The position numbers and the translations under genes were made by a program. Below the pieces are notes generated by a model. The model did no database searches. It saw nothing but the letters and a program-made list of their open reading frames with translations, and had not been told where the DNA came from. 64,000 nucleotides of DNA, taken from NCBI GenBank assembly GCA_044229975.1, contig JBGARZ010000003.1:448001-512000 (forward strand). The letters are read 5' to 3'. Source of the DNA: Polyangiales bacterium. GTDB lineage: Bacteria > Myxococcota_A > Polyangia > Polyangiales > Ga0077539. Below are positions 57,943-64,000 of this stretch, in pieces; within the stretch, counting starts at the first letter, position 1, and each line of letters opens with the position of its first letter.

Positions 57943-58374
57943 TCAGCGCTCGATCTTCGCAACCCGTCCGGTGTGACGGCCGCCCTCGAACTCCGTCGCC
58001 GCGAAGGCCGCCAACGCACCCTCCGCGACGCCCTTGCCGATGACCCGCCCGCCGAACGCGATCACGTTGGCGTCGTTGTGCTGCCGCGACGCGCGCGCCG
58101 TGAACTCGTCGTGACACAGCGCCGCCCGCACGCCCGCGTGGCGATTGGCGGCGATGGAGATGCCGATGCCCGATCCGCACACCAGCACGCCGCGGTCGGC
58201 GCCGCCCGCGACGATCACCTCCGCGAGCCGGTGTCCCCAGTCGGGGTAGTCGGTGGAGTTCGTGTCGTGCGTTCCGAGGTCGTCGACGGTCTCGCCGCGC
58301 GCGACCAGCCACGCCTCCAGGTGCTCCTTCAGCTCGAAGCCCGCGTGATCACTCGCCAGCACCCATCGCATCAT
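57943..58374 (-). CDS. rpiB: Ribose-5-phosphate isomerase B
   Basis: SDHAG, DYPD, CGSGIG, HNDANV, FEGGRH. Confidence 0.96.
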   Translation of the reverse strand: MMRWVLASDHAGFELKEHLEAWLVARGETVDDLGTHDTNSTDYPDWGHRLAEVIVAGGADRGVLVCGSGIGISIAANRHAGVRAALCHDEFTARASRQHNDANVIAFGGRVIGKGVAEGALAAFAATEFEGGRHTGRVAKIER

Positions 58375-59621
58375 GGACCTCCTTCGACGCGGCGAAAGAC
58401 GAGCGCCACGTTGGTTCCGCCAAAGCCGAAGGCGTTGCTGAGGGCCACGCCCACCCGCGCGTCGCGCGCCGCGCCGCGCACCAGATCGAAGGTCACCGCC
58501 GGGTCGACCTCCGTCACGTTGAGCGTCGGAGGCACCCGCTGCCGCGCCACCGCGAGCGCCGTAAACACCGCCTCGATGCCGCCCGCCGCGCCCAGCAGGT
58601 GACCCGTCGCGGCCTTCGTCGCGCTCACCATCACCCGCGCCGCGTGCTCGCCAAACACCGACTCGATCGCCTGCGCCTCGGCGCGATCGCCGAGCGACGT
58701 CCCCGTCGCATGCGCGTTGAGGTGATCGACCGAGTCCACCGCGAGCCCCGCGTCGTCGAGCGCCAGCTTCATCGCGCGCGCCGCCCCTTCGCCGCCCTCC
58801 GCGGGGTGCGTGAGGTGGTGCGCGTCGTCCGTCGCGCCGTACCCGACGAGCTCGGCGTAGATGCGCGCGCCGCGAGCAACGGCACGCTCCATCGACTCCA
58901 GCACCACCACGCCGGCCCCCTCGCCCATCACGAATCCGTCGCGCGCGGCGTCCCAGGGGCGCACCGCGCCGGTCGGGTCGTCGTTGCGCTGGGACATCGC
59001 CAACATCGCATCGAAGCCCGCGAGACCGAGGGGAGTCACCGACGCCTCGGCGCCGCCCGCGAGCATCACGTCGGCCTCGCCGCGCTGCACCCGGCGCATC
59101 GCTTCGCCGAGGGCGTGGGCACCCGACGCGCAGGCGCTGGTGGTGCAGTAGTTCACGCCGCGCAGACCGAAGCGCATCGCCACCTGGCCGGGCGCCATGT
59201 TGGCCACCACCTGCGGAACAAAATACGGCGTCACCTTCCCCGGGCCGCGCGTACGCAGCGTCTCCATGGTGCGTTCGAGCGACGCGAGCCCTCCCATCCC
59301 CGAACCCAGGATCACCCCCGCCCGCGTGGACTCCTCGCCCTCCAACACATCGGGCAGACCCGCGTCGCGCCACGCCTCGCCCGCGGCCACCCACGCGAAA
59401 TGGGCGAAGCGGTCCATCTCGCGGGCTTTGCGTTTGCCGATGAGAGCGTCGGCGTCGAAGTCGGTGACCTCGGCGGCGATCTGGCAGCGGTAGGCGGAGG
59501 TGTCGAAGGAGGTGATGCGCGCGACGGCCGAGCGCCCCGCACACAGGGCATCCCAGGATGCATCGACCCCGACGCCGAGCGGCGTGACCAGACCGAGGCC
59601 GGTGATGGCGACGCGGCGCAT
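58371..59621 (-). CDS. fabF: Beta-ketoacyl-ACP synthase II
   Basis: SACASG catalytic Cys, NAHATGT, GHLLGAAG, NAFGFGGTN. Confidence 0.95.
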   Translation of the reverse strand: MRRVAITGLGLVTPLGVGVDASWDALCAGRSAVARITSFDTSAYRCQIAAEVTDFDADALIGKRKAREMDRFAHFAWVAAGEAWRDAGLPDVLEGEESTRAGVILGSGMGGLASLERTMETLRTRGPGKVTPYFVPQVVANMAPGQVAMRFGLRGVNYCTTSACASGAHALGEAMRRVQRGEADVMLAGGAEASVTPLGLAGFDAMLAMSQRNDDPTGAVRPWDAARDGFVMGEGAGVVVLESMERAVARGARIYAELVGYGATDDAHHLTHPAEGGEGAARAMKLALDDAGLAVDSVDHLNAHATGTSLGDRAEAQAIESVFGEHAARVMVSATKAATGHLLGAAGGIEAVFTALAVARQRVPPTLNVTEVDPAVTFDLVRGAARDARVGVALSNAFGFGGTNVALVFRRVEGGP

Positions 59622-59647
59622 GACGACGGGGTGGTGGGGGCGGAGGC

Positions 59648-59905
59648 TCAGGCCTTCGCGGGGACGCGGGTCACGATGTAATCGATGGCGTCCTGCACGG
59701 CGCGGATCTTCTCCGTCGCCTCGTCGGGAATCTCGACCCCGAACTCCTCTTCGAGCGCGAGCACGAGCTCGACGATCGCCAGCGAGTCGGCCTGGAGGTC
59801 GTCGATGAACGACGCCTCTGGCCGCACCTGCTCAAGGGGAAGGTCGAGGTTGTTGGCGATGAGCGCCCGAACCCGCTCCGACACGTCGCTGCCCGTCATC
59901 TGCAT
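59648..59905 (-). CDS. acpP: Acyl carrier protein
   Basis: DDLQADSL phosphopantetheine Ser; [10 protein letters not shown]. Confidence 0.96.
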   Translation of the reverse strand: MQMTGSDVSERVRALIANNLDLPLEQVRPEASFIDDLQADSLAIVELVLALEEEFGVEIPDEATEKIRAVQDAIDYIVTRVPAKA

Positions 59906-59935
59906 TGCCTCCGCTTTCTCGATTGAGCGTTCCGC

Positions 59936-60682
59936 TCACATCCGCAATCCGCCGTTGACCCCGAGCACCTGTCCGGTCACCCAGGACGCTTCGCTCGACG
60001 CGAGATACACCACGGCGGCGGCCACGTCTTCAGGCCGCCCGAGCCGTCCCGCGGGGGTCATCTCTACCACCTTCTTCCGGACCTCGTCGCTCATCCCGAC
60101 GGACATGTCCGTCTCGACGTAGGCCGGCGACACCACGTTGGCCGTGATGCCCCGCGAGCCGTACTCCCGCGCGATGGACCGCATCATCCCGACCATCGCC
60201 GACTTGCTCGCGGCGTACATCGACTGCCCCGCGTTGCCCATCGCCCCGACCACCGACGACACCGCGATGATGCGCCCGTAGCGCGCCTTCATCATCGAGC
60301 GCACGGCGGCCTTCGCGACGAAGAGCGTTCCCTTCACGTTGGTCGCCAGCATGCGGTCGAAGTCCTCCTCCTGCGCGCGCAGCAGCAGCGAGTCGACGTT
60401 GACGCCCGCGTTGGCCACCACGATGGCCAGGTGCCCCTTGCGCTTCACGAGGCCCTCGATCGCCGTCGTCACCGCCTCGGCGTTGGACACGTCGAAGGGC
60501 AGGAGCTCTCCATCGCCACCGGCAGCGCGAATCGCGGCGAGGGTCTCCTCCGCCGCGGTGGCGTTGCTGGCGTAGTTGATGGCAACGAAGGCACCGCGAG
60601 AGGCCAGCGCCTCGGCGGTCGCGCGGCCGATGCCCCGCGATGCCCCGGTCACCAACGCGAGACGCCCGCTCAGGTCAAACAT
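59936..60682 (-). CDS. fabG: 3-oxoacyl-ACP reductase
   Basis: TGASRGIG, NAG, GNAGQSMYAASK. Confidence 0.95.
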   Translation of the reverse strand: MFDLSGRLALVTGASRGIGRATAEALASRGAFVAINYASNATAAEETLAAIRAAGGDGELLPFDVSNAEAVTTAIEGLVKRKGHLAIVVANAGVNVDSLLLRAQEEDFDRMLATNVKGTLFVAKAAVRSMMKARYGRIIAVSSVVGAMGNAGQSMYAASKSAMVGMMRSIAREYGSRGITANVVSPAYVETDMSVGMSDEVRKKVVEMTPAGRLGRPEDVAAAVVYLASSEASWVTGQVLGVNGGLRM

Positions 60683-60712
60683 CGCTCTCCATCGTGGCGT
60701 CGTACGGCGGAC

Positions 60713-60765
60713 GTGACGAGGCCGCGCTCATGGCCCCGGAGGATCACAAGCGCGGCGGTCGTCAC
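60713..60765. other. Intergenic stem-loop between rpmF and fabG
   Basis: GTGACGA-g-GCCGCGCT [20 nt loop] AGCGCGGC-gg-TCGTCAC. Confidence 0.55.
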
Positions 60766-60781
60766 ATGACTCCGACGGGTT

Positions 60782-60985
60782 TCAGCTCTCGGGGGTCGTC
60801 GCGGGCGCGGGCTTCGCGACGACGGACTGGCCATCGTAGAAGCCGCAGGCGGGACACACGCGGTGCGGGCGCTGCACTTCGCCGCAGTTGGAGCAGCGGG
60901 TCAGCGCGGGGGCCGACACCTTGTCGTGATTGGCGCGGCGCATGGCGCGAGCGGTGCGTGAGGTTCTCCTCTTGGGTACTGCCAC
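60782..60985 (-). CDS. rpmF: 50S ribosomal protein L32 (zinc-ribbon form)
   Basis: MAVPKRRTS, CSNC, HRVCPACGFY. Confidence 0.97.
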   Translation of the reverse strand: MAVPKRRTSRTARAMRRANHDKVSAPALTRCSNCGEVQRPHRVCPACGFYDGQSVVAKPAPATTPES

Positions 60986-60990
60986 GGGAC

Positions 60991-61521
60991 TTACTCCTTC
61001 TTCAAAAAGCGCGCGAGCGGCGCCAGCCTCGGATCAATGGTGTCATGTGCCGACTGCGGGGTCGGCATCGCGATGAGCGTCGGGCAGACCTCATGACGAG
61101 GGTGCAGCGGCGCCTCCAACAGGATCGCCTCGCGCAGCCAGTGCGCCAGGTCGATGCGGTCTTCGGTGTAGACGTCGACGTCGAGCTCGTCGCGCGTGAG
61201 CTCGACCTCCTCGTGCGGGCCGCGGCCGGGCTTCGCCGTCGCGGCGGGCTCGAGGTGCAGCGTGATGTCGGCGCGCAGATCGATGGTGACGGGGTCGAGG
61301 CACGCCACGCAGGTGGCCTGCACCGGCGCCTCGAAGCGGCCGCTCACGTAGACGTTGCGCTCGCTCAGGTCGAGGCGCAGCGAGGCGTGACCCACGCCGC
61401 CCGGCGTCGTGCTCAACTCCGCGGTGCCCAGCACCTCATCGAGCCACGCCGTGTCGAGGACGAGCTCCAGCGGGAGCCCCTCTTCGGGGATGCGATCGAT
61501 GTAGATGACGGGGGGTGCCAT
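60991..61521 (-). CDS. yceD: YceD/DUF177 family protein
   Basis: CVACL, IDLAHWLREAILL, IDPRLAPL; canonical position upstream of rpmF. Confidence 0.92.
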   Translation of the reverse strand: MAPPVIYIDRIPEEGLPLELVLDTAWLDEVLGTAELSTTPGGVGHASLRLDLSERNVYVSGRFEAPVQATCVACLDPVTIDLRADITLHLEPAATAKPGRGPHEEVELTRDELDVDVYTEDRIDLAHWLREAILLEAPLHPRHEVCPTLIAMPTPQSAHDTIDPRLAPLARFLKKE

Positions 61522-61647
61522 GGGCGTGCGACCAGCGATTTCCCAGGGGTGGGGATCGGCAGGGCGCGCGAACCTAGAGAATGACCCTCGCATGTGTCAA
61601 GCGACGCCGGGCGAGTATGGTGGACTCCCGCACGAAGGACGGAACCC

Positions 61648-62457
61648 ATGCCGAGACTCCTTGGATACTTCGCCAGCCAGATCGACCGCGTGCGCTGCGT
61701 GCTCGCCGCCGAGCCCGGAGCGCGCCTCGACCCCGACACCCGCGAGGGCTTCGGCGTCGGCAGCCACCAGGGCCGCGAGGTGCTGCTGCGCCGATCACCC
61801 ACCGGCACCGCGCAGCCGCTCGACCTCGCCTCCGTCGTGGGCGACCTCCGCACCGGGTCGCTCATCGCCCACGTCCGACGGGCGCGCGTCGGCGGGCGCA
61901 CCCCGGACAACACCCAGCCCTTTCGCCTGCGACAGTGGCTCTTCGCGGCCCTCGGCACGCTGCCCCTCGGCGCCGACGGGCGCGCCGCGCTGCTCGCCGA
62001 GATGCCGGGCTTCCTCGCCACGAGCCTGCGCGGTGAGACCGACAGCGAGCTGCTCTTCCATCACCTCCTCGGCGCGCTCTTCCGCGCGGGGCTGCTCGAT
62101 GATCCGTCGCCCGATCGCACCGCGATTCGCGACACCCTCACCGCCAGCCTGCGCGCCCTCGACGCGACGCTCGGCGCCACGGCGCCGCTCGCCATCGTCC
62201 TCAGCGACGGCGAAGGCGCCGTCGGGTACGCGCGCGAGACGCCCATGCGATGGATTCGTCGGCACGGCATCCAGCGCTGCGCGGTGTGCAGCCGCCGTGA
62301 CCTTCCCGTCGACCACGACACGCTCCGCTACACGCTGCTCACCGACGGCGAACCCGAAGGGTCGTGGAAGCCGTGGGGCGGCGAGGACGGCGGCTCGTTT
62401 GTCGTCGTCGATCGCAACCTGGAGGTGCGTGAGGCGCGGTGGTCCGACCTGCCCTGA
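61648..62457 (+). CDS. Class II glutamine amidotransferase-like protein lacking the N-terminal Cys
   Basis: MPRLLGY start, IAHVRRA, NTQPFR, WLFA, GETDSE. Confidence 0.85.
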   Translation: MPRLLGYFASQIDRVRCVLAAEPGARLDPDTREGFGVGSHQGREVLLRRSPTGTAQPLDLASVVGDLRTGSLIAHVRRARVGGRTPDNTQPFRLRQWLFAALGTLPLGADGRAALLAEMPGFLATSLRGETDSELLFHHLLGALFRAGLLDDPSPDRTAIRDTLTASLRALDATLGATAPLAIVLSDGEGAVGYARETPMRWIRRHGIQRCAVCSRRDLPVDHDTLRYTLLTDGEPEGSWKPWGGEDGGSFVVVDRNLEVREARWSDLP

Positions 62458-63032
62458 CCTTCGCGCTGTGGACGCTCGCGGGGTGCGCCTCGGCCCCGCT
62501 GCCCGCGGCCCAACGCGTCGAGCCGGGTCGTGACCTCGCGCCCTCTGCGCGCAGCGACGAGACGCACGTCCTCGACGATCACCGCGAGGCCGTGCTCGCC
62601 CTGACCGCGCGGTATCGCGAGGCGCTGCTCGCGCGAGACGTCGTCCGCCTGCGGGCGCTGCTCGCCCCCTCGCTCGGCGGGATGCAGCGGTCCGATCTGG
62701 TGATGAGCCGCGAGGCGTGGCTGGCCCTCGGGGACGAACTCTTCACTGCCGCGAGCGCGGCGCGGGAGACGCTCGCGGCCGCCCCGACGCTGGCGCCGTC
62801 CGGAGCTTGCGCGGGGCAGTGCCCGGTGATGCTCGGCCCCGGCGAGTGGCTGGTCGCGTGGGCGGACGTTCCGCGCGTGCGGCGGCTCGGGCTCGCTCGC
62901 GGCGTGACGCAGGTGCTGCCGATGGCGTTGCGGGTGGCGGTGGTGGAAGGCGTGGCGACGGTGGTCGGGATGGACGACGCCGTGGTGGGGAGCCACGGGC
63001 CGGTGCGCCCTACCGGTTGGCCCCGACCGTAG
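62439..63032 (+). CDS. Hypothetical lipoprotein
   Basis: Lipobox LAGC; YREALLARDV motif; fills the gap between neighbouring genes. Confidence 0.55.
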   Translation: MVRPALTFALWTLAGCASAPLPAAQRVEPGRDLAPSARSDETHVLDDHREAVLALTARYREALLARDVVRLRALLAPSLGGMQRSDLVMSREAWLALGDELFTAASAARETLAAAPTLAPSGACAGQCPVMLGPGEWLVAWADVPRVRRLGLARGVTQVLPMALRVAVVEGVATVVGMDDAVVGSHGPVRPTGWPRP

Positions 63033-63888
63033 GCGCCGAGAGCTGGAAGAGGTAGTTGCGCGCCTCGTTGGCGACGGTGCCGTAGGGGAAGCGGCGGAGG
63101 AGCGTTCGGAGGGTAGTGCGCGCGTCACCGAAGAGCTGGAGGTCGACCTGGCACTGCGACATCTTGAGGAGCGCGTCATCGGCGGCCTCGCGGTCGTTGC
63201 CGTCGGCGACGGCCTGGAGCATCACGATGGCCTCGCGCTGACGACCGAGGTGGCGCAGGGCGTCGGCCTGGGCGATGCGAACGAAGGGGATGTGCCCGGC
63301 GTCGTCCTTCAGGCGCAGCGCTTCCTCGTAGGACTCACCGGCCTCGGCGTAGCGGGCCATGCGGGCGTGTTCGAGGCCGCGCTGGTAGGCGATGACCGAG
63401 AGGTTGGTGCGAAAGCGGTCGACCACGTCCTGGAACATCGCCAGCTCCACGGCCGTGAGCCGCTCGCGCCGGAGCTGCTCCCACGACTCGACGACCTCCT
63501 GCTGACGGCCGTCGCGCACGAGGTCGTAGAAGGCCTGGGCGCGGGCGTCGAGGGCGGCGCGCTCGTCCTTCTCGCGCACGGCGACGGCCAGCTCGCGGCG
63601 GCTCTGCTCGTCGGTTCGGCGCAGGGCGCGCAGCTCGGCGTCGCGCTCACGCAGCGAGGCGTCGAGCCAGAGCTTGATGCCCGCGAAGATCACCACCACG
63701 AAGAGCACGTACGCGGTGGCGCTGTTGACGGTGATGCGCCGCTCGTAGCCGGCCTGGCGGCGGGCGATGCTCTTCACGTCGGCCGAGAGGGCGCTCGTGA
63801 GGTTGCTCGACTTGATGATCAAGCCGCGGCTCTCGATAATCTCGCGCTTGATCTCCCGAAACTCCTCCTCGACGTCCCGGCTCGACAT
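63010..63888 (-). CDS. Membrane-anchored coiled-coil TPR protein (CpoB/YbgF-like C-terminus)
   Basis: N-terminal helix, single TM, coiled coil and TPRs ending ADDALLK...LLRRFP...A.EAR. Confidence 0.8.
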   Translation of the reverse strand: MSSRDVEEEFREIKREIIESRGLIIKSSNLTSALSADVKSIARRQAGYERRITVNSATAYVLFVVVIFAGIKLWLDASLRERDAELRALRRTDEQSRRELAVAVREKDERAALDARAQAFYDLVRDGRQQEVVESWEQLRRERLTAVELAMFQDVVDRFRTNLSVIAYQRGLEHARMARYAEAGESYEEALRLKDDAGHIPFVRIAQADALRHLGRQREAIVMLQAVADGNDREAADDALLKMSQCQVDLQLFGDARTTLRTLLRRFPYGTVANEARNYLFQLSAPTVGANR

Positions 63889-64000
63889 GGCCCCACCGCC
63901 TTAGTCCAGCGGACTCCGGGCTGGCAAGCGTTCGGCCGGACTCCCCTGCTTGCCCGATGGGGCGCACTCTGGTAATCGCCGCGGCCGAAGGGATCACGCG

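Noticed and set aside
58375..59544. Long N-terminal extension of rpiB (533 aa ORF)
   Set aside because: Off-frame overlap with fabF; RpiB begins at 58374.

Overview
High-GC bacterial DNA with a myxobacterial (Polyangia/Sandaracinus-like) signature: a MYXO-CTERM-like tail, Cys-rich repeat lipoproteins, TPR-PEGA proteins and myxobacterial outer-membrane barrels. About 55 CDS are supportable; no rRNA, tRNA, transposase or CRISPR array was seen. From left to right: (1) the start of a type I-E CRISPR-Cas operon (cas3, then cas8e running off the window edge) with an internally deleted Uma2 remnant; (2) bamA; (3) a co-oriented run of GAF histidine kinase, dynamin/SrfC-like P-loop GTPase, large Hsp70/SrfB-like actin-fold ATPase, a possible GrpE-like protein, esterase, GNAT and RNase Z-like genes; (4) a metal/redox island of about 11.5 kb, where RegAB sits divergent from a YtkA-like, barrel and Cys/His-lipoprotein operon with an exact RegA box between them, and a TonB receptor operon and a Fur-family + ZIP/permease-fusion operon share a TGCAA-N5-TTGCA palindrome; (5) ppk2, surface proteins, a 13-heme cytochrome with a barrel partner, truA, two tandem OM barrels, ftsY, HAMP-only proteins, a deacetylase and an acyl-CoA ligase; (6) yceD-rpmF-fabG-acpP-fabF-rpiB. 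The best candidates for undescribed systems are the GTPase/Hsp70-like/GrpE-like triad (8332-14207) and the RegAB- and Fur-controlled metal modules. All calls come from reading motifs by eye; no database searches were run and several start codons are estimates.
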